Positions 47,501 through 59,340 of a stretch of 64,000 nt of DNA are shown in pieces. Below the pieces are notes generated by a model. That model had not been told where the DNA came from. It did no database searches and saw only the letters and a list, made by a program, of their open reading frames with translations. Location: assembly GCF_009834535.1 (NCBI RefSeq), contig NC_045705.1:55056001-55120000 (forward strand). The letters are read 5' to 3'. Made by a program: the position numbers and the translations under genes. Source of the stretch: Camelus ferus (lineage: Eukaryota). The stretch's first letter is position 1, and every line of letters begins with the position of its first letter.

Positions 47501-50500
47501 CTCCAGGTGACCTAGAACCACATCTGGTCCATTCTGGGGCCCAGTAAAGGACAAGGGAGGGCATAGCCTGGCCTGACTGAGTGCTTATTGGTTGATCGGA
47601 CAAAGGCACACACACGTGGTTCTGGGACTTGACCACAAACACCACAAAGGAGCGTTCCTGGCCAGCCGTCGGGAACTGCTCCTCTGCCCTGCGATGGCTC
47701 AGCCGCTACTACTGCTTCCGGGGGAACCAGTTCCTGCGTTTCGACCCCGTCACGGGAGAGGTGCAGTCCAAGTACCCTCTGGATGTCCGGGACTACTTTA
47801 TGCCCTGCCCTGGCAGAGGTGAGAAAACCCCGGTCCCTGGGGCCTCCTGGACATTGTCCACCTTCCCGGAGTTTGCAGACTCCATATGCCCCAGCTCCTA
47901 CCTTCACCCCGTGGAAGGACACCTTGGCCCTCGCCCTAACCCCTCTTCCACTCTGGCTCTTCTCAGCTGTCCTCACCTATGGAAAACCTGCACCACCACC
48001 AACCCCAGTAACCTCAGCCATCGCTTCCACCTCAGACCTTATTCTGACCCCTTGCCTCCCTCTGTGTTTCCCCTCACCTATTTCTCCCCACAGGCCATGC
48101 GCACAAGAATGCGACCCACCATGGGGATGTGCGCTGCAGCCCAGATCTAGTCTTGTCGGCACTGCTGTCTGACAACCATGGTGCCACCTATGCGTTCAGC
48201 GGTAAGAGATGCCCTCCAACTCCCCTGTCTCAGCTCTCCGCACCTCCCACCTCTTCCATGTGCCTCCCGTCTCTGCTGCATTCCCTCCATTTTCATCACT
48301 GTGCCCCACATTTCGTCCCTTGGCCCCCATCCTTGCATCCTAGCATGCCCCCTTTCATCCCTCGTCTCCTAGGATGCCTATTGCTCAGCTTGTCTCTTGC
48401 TGCCCAGGCCTCTAACTCCATCCACCTGTCTGCCTCCCAGTACCATCTGCTCCCGGGCTGATGCCTTTTCTGGACCTCTCGGCTCCTATGACTCCTCAGT
48501 AGTCCCTTGGCGCCTGTGTATCTTGCAGGGCCCTCTGCCCACCCTCCTCCCTTGAGCTTATCCCCAGGAGCTCTATATTTTTCCAGATGCCTGGTTCCTA
48601 TGTCCAGGCCTCTGGCACAGCGTTACCTGGGGATGAGATGTTCCCATTGTTGAGAACCAGCCAAAAAGCACTCAGTCCCTTGGACCTTTAGGCAATAGCT
48701 TCACTAGCTCAAGGAGATTTCTCCTCTGAGTGCCCAGTGAAGACCCCTCTCCCCAGACCTGTGGCACTATTGGCAAAAAGCCATTTAATGACAGCTAGGG
48801 GTGTTCCAGGGCTGCTCAGACAGGTAGTGATGAGTCTTAATCTGTGCTTGAGGACGGCTCCAAGCGAAGGAGTGGATCACCCCATTGCACTCAGCCTGAG
48901 ATATCTGTATGATCAGGCAAGAATGTAAAACAGTGGTGAGAACACAGAAGAGCGAAAATCTTTTCTTGCTCTTAACCCCTCAACAAGTCTCATCAGATAT
49001 GGCTACCAAGCCATAATGAAAAATGCACAGTCCCAAAGAGAACATCTCCCCACCCTGTGCTGAGAACAGATGCCTGTGGTGAAAAGGCAGACCTACACTG
49101 AGAATACAGGCCAGAGTAAGGGCACAGAAATATCGGGAGAACATGCAGCTATTTTTTTAAAAAGGTTATTTTTCTTTATTCCCAGTGCCCCTGGTCTCAT
49201 GGCAGGGTCTGTGGGAAATCTCAGGGTCGTGCCAACTCCCAGGCTTCCTTGACTCTGCATGGCACCTGGGTACCCCACCAAGGAGCTCAAGTTCCAAAGG
49301 CTGGGGGATCTTCAGCTGTGGGTCTTTCTAAAAGCAGTTCCTGGGCACAATGCAGAATCAGGGCTTCTTGGTCATTCCTTAGTCCCCTTCCCCGAGCACA
49401 GAACAACCCAGCAGCTTGCTCCACTGGCTTGCTGTGCCCATCCCAGGAAAAGGCGGGGAGGGGCTCCAGAAAGTGGGTGTCTCCTAGCTGGAAGAAGCTG
49501 GGGCCTTTGGTCTAGTTTAACCTGGGGCAGGCCCTGGTGAGAGCAAGGCACCACTGGGAGGACACGCAGACAAAGTGAGACAGTGATGGAGATACAGAGA
49601 GATAGACAGAGATGGAGATGGAGATGGATGGAGAGATGTGGAGATGGAGACACTGAGGAAACAGGGCCACAGGACCACACAGAGAGGTAGAGAGATCACC
49701 TAGCCATGGCGAGATCACAGAACCTCAAGGCCATGTGTCCATAAACAGAATGTACCTTAAATTCTAAATCAAAAGTATTAGGCACATTCCATAGCTGTTG
49801 AGAGAACACCATCGTATTAAAAATCTCCAGCTGAGAAGAGAATGCACTGCCTTGGTGACCCAGCCACTCAGCACAGGGCTGGGCCTCTCCTGTCTCTTAT
49901 TGATAAATCCCTTGTCCCTACCTCGGAGCCTCTCACCCACTCTTCCTGCTTTGTCCCAACTTTCGGCTTGAACATGGGCCACCATGCCCTCTCCACTTTC
50001 TCTCCGGCCCTGACTTCTTAGCCTCAGAGCCAGCTAATAACTGCCTCGGCTGCCCTTTTTCCTACCTGGATTTCCAGGGAGAGAACAGGACCAGCCCAGC
50101 CCGCACCTTTATTCCAGACCACATTAAAGTGGCTGCCGGTCAGCCTCTGCGCTGGCTGCAGAGGGACTGGGGGCTCAGCAGTTATTCCCTCTGCACAAAG
50201 AGCAGCATAGCTCTGATTCTCAAACTAGGGGCCGTGAGCAGGAGGGGAAGGTGAACGTGTAGTCACCATGACTCGTGCAGTTAATGTGCATAAAGAGAAC
50301 CTATGCTTGCACGGAGAACACCAGCTACTTTTCGAGCACCAAATATTTGTCAGGCACCTGATAGGCACTGGGCATCATTCTAGGCACTGGGATACAGTCG
50401 TCAACAGGGCCGATGAGACACCTGCCCTCACAGAGACTCCTAAAGGGAGAGAGGAAAATCAGAAAGAGAAAATGAAAGAGAATACTTTCAAGTAGCTTTA

Positions 50501-51250
50501 ATAGCTGTGAAGACATTGGAATGCTTCTTATTCTCAAATACCAGGGGTTTAAGAAGCTGATATTTTCAAATATAAGATAAAAAATGTTAAGTGCCCCCAA
50601 AAAGCTGAGAAGAAAATAAAACAGGACAATGGGGTAGGAGTGAAGAGAGTGAGGGGCCCCTTCTCTCGAGAGATTTTTGAGCTGAGATTTCAGTGATTAA
50701 AAGGGAATCAGCCGCATCAAGCACTGGAGGGAGAAAAGCATTTTCAGGGGGTGGACAGCAAACACTTCGAGGAGTCAAGAAAGGAGGCCAGTGAGGCGAG
50801 AGCATTGGAAAGGAGCTTGAGTAGAGGAAGGCAGGGGCCAGGTGATACAGGCCTGGGAGGGATTTTCAACTCTAAAAGGAAGCCAGGAATGGGTTTTGAG
50901 TAGGGCCATGATACATTCTGACTTAGTTTTTTAAAGATCATCCTGGCTTCTTGTGGAATATAAATCTCAGAGATAGATTTGTGCGTGCAGGGAATCCAGC
51001 TAGGAGTTCCTGCAGCTGTCTGGATTAAAGGTGATAACAGCTTGGACTAGGGTGATAGCAGCAGAGGTGGGTGAGGGGTCATCATGATGTATTTGGGAAG
51101 TCGAGCCAGCAGCATACCCATGCATTGGACATTGGTCAGAGTAGGGAAGGGAAAAGAGAAGTTTTCAGAATGACTTAGCTTTTGGGGACTGGGCAACTGG
51201 GTGACTTGTGGTTCCTTTTCCTAAAATTGGGAAAAAGTAGGGAAGTAGTA

Positions 51251-51301
<51 letters not shown>

Positions 51302-53059
51302 GTGGGGGCAGGAATAAGTTTAACGTGTTTTGGTGCCTAATGGCCTCAAATGGACATGTCAGGTAGGCAGCTGAGTTTCAGCCTGAAACTCAAAGGAGAG
51401 GTCCAGCAGAGCTGAAGAGGACAGATCGAAAGTCATCAGCACGTAGATGGTGTTTAAAGCCCTGGACTAGGTGAAATCATCAAGAGAGTAAGTGTGGATA
51501 GAGAAGAGGCCCAAACTAGGGGATTCCAATATTAGATACCAGGCTGAAGTGGAGTCAAAAAGATAAGGGAGACACTGAAAGAGTGTGAAATCACAGGACC
51601 CAAGATCTAAAAAAAGAAATTAAAGGAAGGGAGATGTGAACGGTCAGATGCCACTGAGAGGTAGTGTAAGATGAAGACATTAGATGTGGCAAGTTGGAGG
51701 ATACTGGTGATCTTGCAGAGAAGTATCCATGGAGGAGGGAAACAGGAGTGTAAGTGAAGTGGGCTGAGGAAGAAAATGTAAATGAGGGTTTATATAGTTC
51801 CTTTAATATGTCATTATGAAAAGGGGAGAGGAAAATTAGGGCGCTGGTCTGGCTACTCCCTCCTTCTCCCGCTATCTGAAGGGATTAGAGAACACAGCCA
51901 GGGTGAGGACACCCAGGAGAACCTGGCTGCAGTGCTTCCTTTTTAACTTCTGGCCACCACCTCATTGTAGCATCTCTGCACACGGACACCTGAGACACGT
52001 AAGGAGCCCCCACCAAACCCCATGGTGTTGGCCTTACCTGGCAACCTGGTCACTGTTGGCCTTGATGACTTGGCCTTACTGACTCCAATTCCAATCAGGT
52101 CTCAACGCTCAGCTTTGCCACCCAAGTCCTGCTCTACACCTTCTCACTGGGCCCCTTTCCTCTTGGCCTCTGGATGCATTCTCTGCTACCTCTCAGGACC
52201 CATCCCTGCATCTGTCACTTGCATCTTCACTGCCTGGCCTCTTACCACCAGCACTAGAGGTGCCTCTGCTACTCTACAGGGTCCAACTACTGGCGTCTGG
52301 ACACCAGCCGGGAGGGGTGGCATAGCTGGCCCATTAACCATCAGTGGCCTCGTGGTCCTTCAACAGTGGATGCTGCCTTTTCCTGGGATGATAAACTCTA
52401 TCTGATCCAGGTGTGTGTTGGGAGAGAAGCTTGAGGTGGAGACTGGGAGAATATCCAGCTCTATGCTGACTGATGTCCTTTGTCCTCCAGGGCACCCAGG
52501 TGTATATTTTCCTGACCAAGGGAGGCTATACCCTAGTAGAGAATTATCCAAAGCGGCTGGAGAAGGAATTTGGGAGCCCTAGTGGGATCACCCTTGATGC
52601 TGTGGATGCAGCCTTTACCTGTCCTGGGTCTTCTTTGCTCCACATCATGGCAGGTGAGGAGCGTTTGGTGCTAAGGGGTGGCTTGTTCTGCTACTTCTCC
52701 ACTGCACAGATCCCCATCAGGGCATGAGAAGGGCTGGGTAGGAGCCATGAGGTGGAAGCCATATTATGTCTGGTGTCTTCTTCCCAGGAGAGCGGCTGTG
52801 GTCGCTGGACCTGAAGTTAGGACCTCAAGCCACGTGGACAGAGCTTCATTGGCCCCACAAGAAGGTCGATGGGGCCCTGTGTACGACAAAATTCCTCGGC
52901 CCCAACTCGTGCTCTGCCAAGGGTCTGGGCTTGTACCTCATCCATGGCCCTAATTTGTTCTGCTACAGTGATGTCGAGAAACTGACCGCAGCCAAGAATC
53001 CTCCCCAGCCCCAGAGAGTAAACAGCCTCCTGGGCTGCCTTCCTTCAAATGGCTCCTGA
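44446..53059 (+). CDS. HPX: Hemopexin precursor, 455 aa, 10 coding exons
   Basis: join(44446-44516, 44668-44732, 44831-44902, 45069-45190, 46810-46960, 47606-47818, 48094-48201, 52280-52410, 52491-52653, 52788-53059) = 1368 nt with no internal stop. Signal peptide, hemopexin repeats (VDAAF, LDAAV), heme-ligand histidines in RGH (48096-48098) and GWHSWP (52321-52323). Confidence 0.97.
44668..44732 (+). CDS. HPX: HPX exon 2
   Basis: [22 protein letters not shown], 65 nt. Confidence 0.9.
44831..44902 (+). CDS. HPX: HPX exon 3
   Basis: [24 protein letters not shown], 72 nt. Confidence 0.95.
45069..45190 (+). CDS. HPX: HPX exon 4
   Basis: [40 protein letters not shown], 122 nt. Confidence 0.95.
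46810..46960 (+). CDS. HPX: HPX exon 5
   Basis: [51 protein letters not shown], 151 nt. Confidence 0.95.
47606..47818 (+). CDS. HPX: HPX exon 6
   Basis: [71 protein letters not shown], 213 nt; acceptor is weak. Confidence 0.88.
48094..48201 (+). CDS. HPX: HPX exon 7 (hinge)
   Basis: [36 protein letters not shown], 108 nt. Confidence 0.95.
49570..49655 (+). repeat. Degenerate (GAGATG)n low-complexity tract in HPX intron 7
   Basis: GATGGAGATGGAGATGGATGGAGAGATGTGGAGATGGAGAC. Confidence 0.6.
50310..51790 (-). mobile_element. L2 fragment in HPX intron 7
   Basis: Antisense L2 tail (CAAATATTTGTCAGGCACC...CATTCTAGGCACTGGGATACAG) and internal L2 motifs. Confidence 0.55.
51253..51300. repeat. (GT)21(GC)3 microsatellite
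   Basis: Read directly from the sequence. Confidence 0.95.
52280..52410 (+). CDS. HPX: HPX exon 8
   Basis: [43 protein letters not shown], 131 nt. Confidence 0.95.
52491..52653 (+). CDS. HPX: HPX exon 9
   Basis: [55 protein letters not shown], 163 nt. Confidence 0.95.
52788..53059 (+). CDS. HPX: HPX exon 10
   Basis: [23 protein letters not shown]...[14 protein letters not shown], stop TGA 53057-53059. Confidence 0.95.
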
Positions 53060-53097
53060 AGTGAGTCTGGCCCAGCTCTTCTCTTGGTTTGCCTTAC

Positions 53098-53103
53098 AAT
53101 AAA
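53098..53103 (+). terminator. HPX poly(A) signal AATAAA
   Basis: 38 nt after the stop codon. Confidence 0.8.
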
Positions 53104-54232
53104 GCCAGAGGGCTTCTCCGCTTGAATCAAAGAGCCCTGCTTGTGGGACAATCTCACTTCTGTCTTTGAGCGGAGAAGATCGTAGCATCTCTTTTGAGGC
53201 TCCTAGTGAGGCCGCAGGAGACAAGGAAAGAGAGGGCTGAGGGACAAATCTTATTTCTGCCACAAGTGATTCCTGAATCCCGGTCACAAACTGGCTTCTT
53301 CCAGACTATTGACACATAGAGGGGGAACAGAGGGCCAAAGGTAGAGAAAGGAACTGCTGTGTTTACACAGCAAGTAAGAAGCAGCGCCGGGACTCTGCCT
53401 CCGCCTGCTAATAACTGACCACAGCGTGGCCCCAGGACATGGAGAAAACAGGGCTGGGGGTGGCTACGCATGCGCAAAGCACCTCACCTCCAAGCTGCTC
53501 CATGGCCCCTTCTCCCCGTTCATCATTGTGCCTCTTCTTCCCAAACTTTCCACGGCGCCCTCTCAAATACACCCACTCAATGGTCAATAAGCTTCTCTGT
53601 TTTCTTCACACACTCCACAGTTAATACACTTCTCTAGCTCTTTACCTTCAGCCTTAATTGAGGCCAGGCTCTGCCCCAGGGGCCCTCTTCCTTCCCCCGC
53701 AGCTGTCCCAGTGGATAGGAAGCAGTCTCAGCATTGGCAGGACTCCACGCACGTCTATGCCATTTTCCTTCCTTCTATGCAGGTTAAATTCCTCTTCCTT
53801 CATCATCGAGCAGGTGAGCCATGCCATTCTTGTGACCATCATCTACCAATCTCCTGACTATGTCCCCTCAATTGCTGAAGTCCCCATTTCAGCTACCCAG
53901 TTAGGAAGGCCAAACTCAGACCCTAATCCTCATTCACAATTGCTCCACCTGTGAAGAGATTCCTTAAATTCCAACATCCCATCTGTGACCCCGACCTCTT
54001 ACCCTTTACCCACCCTGCCCCCCTCATGACTTCAGTCTCACGCTCCTGCTCTTTGACTTTACAGAGATGTCTGATCCCTTTATTCTCACCCCGTCCTCTG
54101 TTCCCTGAAGGCCATTTTTTCCCTACCCAAACTGAACATCAAGGTTGATCATCTAAACAACTTTCTAAACCATGCTTTTATTTCTCTGCCTCCTTTAACT
54201 TCTATTTAATCTAGCCATAAAAAAACAAAGAA

Positions 54233-54355
54233 GGGGGTGGGGCATAGCTCAGTGGTAGAGCGCATGCTTAGCGTACCCGAGGTCCTGGGTTCAATCCCCA
54301 GTACCTCTATAAATAATACATAAATAAAAAAACAAACAAACAAACAAACAAATAA
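54233..54355 (+). mobile_element. tRNA-derived SINE (Vic-1-like)
   Basis: GGGGGTGGGGCATAGCTCAGTGGTAGAGCGCATGCTTAGCG...GGTCCTGGGTTCAATCCCCAGTACCTC plus A/AAAC tail. Confidence 0.85.
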
Positions 54356-54559
54356 ATAGAAAAGAATAACAAAACCCAGCTTTAGGTCAGAGAAAGAGTG
54401 AAAACTTTAGAGTCAGACATATCTGAACTCCAGTCCCAGCTAGGCCACTTACTAACTCTGGAGGTTTGATACACTCGGCCTCTCTGAGCTTTGTGTGTGG
54501 TGTGTATGTGTGTGCACGCACATGTGTATGCAAAATAGGAAAATGTTTGTTGTTTCAAT

Positions 54560-55570
54560 CACTGTTCAATAAGGATACAGAAAGCACTCTAGATATTCCA
54601 AGTAGATGGGAATTTAAAGCAAGGAATTTGTTACAAAGTTGTGGGGGAGGTCTGGAGAAGCAGAAGGAGAAAGCAGGGTTACCAGAGACCAGGAAACTAC
54701 CAGTAATCTTGGTTTAGAGGAGCAAAAGGGAGAAAAGGTATTGCCAAAGATCAAGGAGGTAGAACCTGCAAATCTGCACTGGCTGCTGACACAGCTGGAG
54801 TCTGTATTGCTGATGCTACTGGAAGGGTCTCCATTCGCTAGGTTGGAACCACTGCTGCTGATGTTGCCAGAGGCACTGCCAAAAGCAGAAGGACTTTTCC
54901 CTTCTTCCCACCTTCCTCAAGTGAGGGTTCTCATTGGCAGAACCTAATCGGAACGAGGCGACACAGAAATCTGTAAAATATGGTTTTCAGATTTCCAGCC
55001 TCGTTGGTACAGAGGAGATTATAGAAGACTGGATGTGGGGCTGAGTACCAACAGGCAATATCTGTCTCATGTATTCATCATAACTCTTGGTTGCAAACAA
55101 GAAAACCCACCTTAAAGTGGTGTAAGCAAAAAAAAAAAAAAAAAAATCAGCTCATATGACTTCAGGAAAAGGTAAATAGCTATTAAATTGATGTTATCAG
55201 GCATCTGTCCCTCTCCATCCCTTAGCTGTGCTTTCTTTGAGTTGGCTTCATTCTCAGGCAAGCTCATCCCACCTGATAGCAAGATAAGACCAGGCTTACA
55301 TTCTACCAGCACCTCCTGCCCAACAGTTGCAGGAAAATTCTTGGATCTATTTTCACTGGCTCAAACACAGTCACGTGCCTATCTTTGAATTAATCACTTT
55401 GACCTGGGTTAGGAGCCCACCATTAAAGTGGGTTGTGGGGCTGGGATGATACCCATCTGAACCACATGGACTTAGACTGGGGAGGGCATGGGTCTTCACA
55501 GAAAACTGATGTGCTGTTACTAATTAGAGGGGGAAAGGATGCTGCACAGATAACAACAAAGGCAACAACA
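54560..55570. mobile_element. Two old MaLR (MLT1-type) LTR fragments
   Basis: CTCATTGGCAGAACCTAATC...GAAAT...GGTTTTCAG and CTCTTGGTTGCAAACAAGAAAACCCAC...GTCACGTGCCTATC motifs typical of MLT1; subfamily not assignable. Confidence 0.5.
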
Positions 55571-58169
55571 ACATGTTCATGACAGGATATTTATCTTGCA
55601 AGGTTTTCCTTGTTCTCCAACCAACCCTCCTTCCCTTCCTCGGCCCAAGACTTTGAAAATAATGATATCACTAGGCATGAAATACCGAAACCTCTTGCTT
55701 GCTCCCACCTTATTAATTACCCGACCTACCCCCTATCCTTGCCCCTATCCCTTCAGCCTGTAAAGTTCAGGTGTCCAATTCTTCTACATGAGCCCATGAT
55801 CCCACCTCCTCTCATCACCTCCAGGATCTCTCACCTTCTTTTTTACTTTGAAATTCATTTTCTCTACTGGTATCTTTTTGTAGTTCACACCCATGTTCAA
55901 GTATTCGCCATCTTTAAAAAAAAAAAGACAAAATCAGAATCTCTTTAACTTTATATCACTTTTCATCTACTGTCTATTCTTTCTTCCATATTCCTCAAAA
56001 GGGGACCCTGCACTTATTCTACTTCCTCATTTTCCTTTCCTCAATTCACTATGGCTTCTGCCTCCATTTCCTGCTGATATAGATCATATCATGGGGATCC
56101 ATGACCTCTATGTTGCCAAACTCAAAGGATAACTTTTTGCCTTGACTTTGGAAGTCTTTGCTACATTTGAGGTTGCTGACCACATTTTCTTCCTTGAAAG
56201 TCTTTCCTCCCTTGGATTTCTTCCATGACATTACTCTCTCCTGATCTTCTTTTATTCTCTGTTTCTTCTTAGTTTTCCTCTTGGCCTTCTTTTCCTCTGC
56301 TGCCTTGCCAAATGCTGGCATTCCCAAAGTTCAGTCCTCTGTCCCTTTCTCTTCTCCTCCTATACGCTCCACCTGGGAATGTATTAGAATGGTCCTGTTG
56401 AAGATGGGTGTTGAGGACGTCCTTGCCAGGCCTAGCACCTGTCTTATGAATTCCACTGCATATAACATGTGGGAAGATTTTACTCCTTATGGATTTCCCA
56501 AGTGATAACAACCACCCTGAAGAAAAAAGGTTTATTGGATCAACTACAAGAAAAATGATAATATCAAAGCAATACTTACATGTAATGGTAGAAGAGACTG
56601 CCTATACTCCATAAGTGTCTTTGATGATGAAAGAGTTGAAAGCTCTGTTCTTCCCTTTGGGGGCCTTGGGTGCCAACTGCCTGGTAACACAAGTATTCAC
56701 CAGTCTGACCTATCAAACCAAACAGCATAAAGCCAGTACTCCTGGTTAATTACTCTGCATGGATTTGCTTCTAATTCAAGGTTTTCCTGATAGGTCCAAG
56801 ATAATAATTTTAAAAGAATGCTGCCTCAGAGGGACCTACATTGCTCAAAACCACACACAGCATCTGAGGTGGCTCATAGGCCACTGGCTGCTCCTAAGCC
56901 AAGAAGAGCACCAGAAGAGGGGTGAGATACAGAAGAGAAAGGATGGATAAAGGACACCAGTTGACTCCCCACTGATTAGGAGGCTTTGCAGACCTAGGAT
57001 CAGAGATTCAGGAAGACTGTGTGTGGGCCAAACTGTACTGAGTGTGAACTGTAAATTTTCCTTTTTGCATCTTAGCTAATTAGACTCCTCTTCCCCACCC
57101 TCACCATCCTATCTGTGAGCTTCTGGTTACTTGGTGAGACTTCCCTGGATACTGCAGCCATCCTGCTCAGTGGGACTAGCAAGACAAGTATTCTGGTGGG
57201 CTGTTTGTAAATGGGTGATATTTCTGGATTTTTTTTCTTCATTTGCTCAAGCAGAAATCTGGAAGTCATCCATTCCTTCATACTACCATAGCCAATCAAT
57301 CACTAATTTTTGTGAATTCTATCCCCTGAGTATATCTAAAACCTATGCAGTTTCCTCCATCTCTACTCCCACCACTATGATCATCTCCCACCTAGACTAC
57401 ATCAGTTGCTTTCTAACTGGTCCCCACACTGCCTAGTTTTGCTCTTCTCCTATCTATTCTCCAATGAGCAGCCAGAAGCGATCATCTAAAAGGCAGGGGT
57501 GAACATGCCTTTCCCCTGCCTCAAACCCTTTGATGACTTTCCATTGCCCTTAAAAGAGTCCAAAACACTAAGCTCAACATACAAAGCCCTCCTCGATTTG
57601 GTACCTGTCCACCTTTCCACCTCACCTGATGCCATTCTTCTCCACTGTTGCATCCATACTGGCCTCCTTGTACTGCTCCTTTGACTTGGAGTCATTTTTC
57701 TCTTCTCCTGGATCACCTCTATCTCCTTCACCCTTTCCCCTCATAGAAGTGCCACTTCCTTATGAGAAAGCCTTCCCAAACCTCCCGAGGACAAATTTAG
57801 TCCACTCACATAGCATCCTGTGATCATATCTCCTGCAAGATACTCATCACATTTCTAATCACATGCTTAATGTCTCTTTCCCTGTTAGTCAAGCTTCATG
57901 AGGGCAGGTACTGAATCTTGTTTCTTTACAAGTTCCTAGCACCAAGGACAGTGCCTCCCACACAACAATTACTTGTTGTGAGAGAATGACTGAATGAGTG
58001 AGGACACCTTTCTTCTGGGTAATTCTTACTCATCTTTCAAGGACCAAGACCACATTATATCCTCCAGGTTGGAGTTACCGTGAACTCTGATTCATCTTTG
58101 GATCCCCAGGGCCTAGCTTGGGACTTGGTACCTGGTTCTTATATCATAGAAGTTTGTCAAATCATAATA

Positions 58170-58310
58170 AATTCTTGGCCAGGAGTTGATAATTGTTTAA
58201 GCTGTGTGATGGGTATATGAGAGTTCACTATACTGTTCTGTCTCCTTCTGTATATATATAAATAAAATATATATATATTTTAAAATTTCTATAATAAAAA
58301 GTTAAAACAT
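58170..58310 (+). mobile_element. Old L1M 3' end fragment
   Basis: GTTGATAATTGTTTAAGCTG...GATGGGTATATGAGAGTTCACTATACTGTTC...CTATAATAAAAAGTTAAAA. Confidence 0.6.
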
Positions 58311-58431
58311 TTATATTCACTCAAGTCAAGTGAAAGTGTAGTCAAAGATGATCTTGAGGCAACTGGCCTAGGCAAGGCAGTAGTAGATGGTGGTGCCACT
58401 CACTGGGATGGATGAAGTAGCGCTGCATCCA

Positions 58432-58434
<3 letters not shown>

Positions 58435-58463
<29 letters not shown>

Positions 58464-58527
58464 CTGTGTGTCTGTGTGTCTGTGTGTGTCTGTGTGTGTC
58501 TGTGCGCGCGCGCGCGCGCGCACGTGT
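58435..58527. repeat. Compound (TG)n/(TGTC)/(CG)8 microsatellite
   Basis: Read directly from the sequence. Confidence 0.95.
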
Positions 58528-58929
58528 TGGGGAGGGTTCTTTTTCACCCTAGTGAAACTTCTTAGAATAAAGGCCAATAAAGAGGATGAGATAATGAATT
58601 TAGATTTGGACATTTTTAGTTTTAGGTACCTTGAGGGCCTCCGGAGCCAGCTGCTCAATAGTTAGTAGGTATAATATATTAAAACCTCTGTCTTAGAGGA
58701 ATGAGCCAGGAGAAGGTTTCTGGATGGTAATATTCCCCTGCCACTGACTTGACCACTGGGAACTATCCCACTACCCAGGGTGTCTGGGTAACTTGGGGCC
58801 CCACCATTCCTTCTTTCACACTTTTCACCCACATTCTCCCCTTCTTCCTTCCCTCTTGTGAATTTCTACCAGGGAATGATTCATTGGTCACATCTGCAAG
58901 GCCCTGGGGTCACAGTTTCATGTTCAGCC

Positions 58930-59160
58930 GCAGGGGCAGGGTGTGAAGAAACATCTGAGTTCCAGTTCGATTTTACCACTTACCTGCGACTGCAGGCAAG
59001 TCGCTTTATCTTTCTGAATCTCAGCATCTGCCTCTGAAAACTGAGGCTAATCACGGTGGCGACTTCACAGGGCCGACGCGAAGATGGATGCATGTAAAGG
59101 GTTTTAACACAAAACCTGGCACGGTGTGAGCAGTCAATAAATACAAGCTATTATTATCAC
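58930..59160 (+). mobile_element. MIR SINE abutting the APBB1 CpG island
   Basis: GGCAAGTCGCTTTATCTTTCTGAATCTCAG...AAACCTGGCACGGTG...CAATAAATAC. Confidence 0.55.
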
Positions 59161-59189
59161 CAACGCTGCGTCCTCATCGCCTCTCCACC

Positions 59190-59340
59190 AGGACGTCAGG
59201 GAGTGTTGCCGCAAGAGCGGAGCAGGCTGCCTCCTCGGAGCCCCTCCCCGCGCAGCCACGGCCCGGCACCACCCGGCTGCAACCTCGTCCGTGCGTCGCC
59301 CCGCTGGGGTGCGTGGCCAGGGCCCTGCGGGGCGCGCAGG
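59190..59340 (+). other. APBB1: Putative upstream alternative non-coding first exon of APBB1
   Basis: Strong donor CAGG/GTGAGT at 59340/59341 within the island; 5' end approximate; assignment by synteny. Confidence 0.5.

Noticed and set aside
50033-53417. Identical 11-mer GCTAATAACTG at 50033 and 53407
   Set aside because: Many 11-mer recurrences are expected by chance in 64 kb, and the match to HNF1 is weak.
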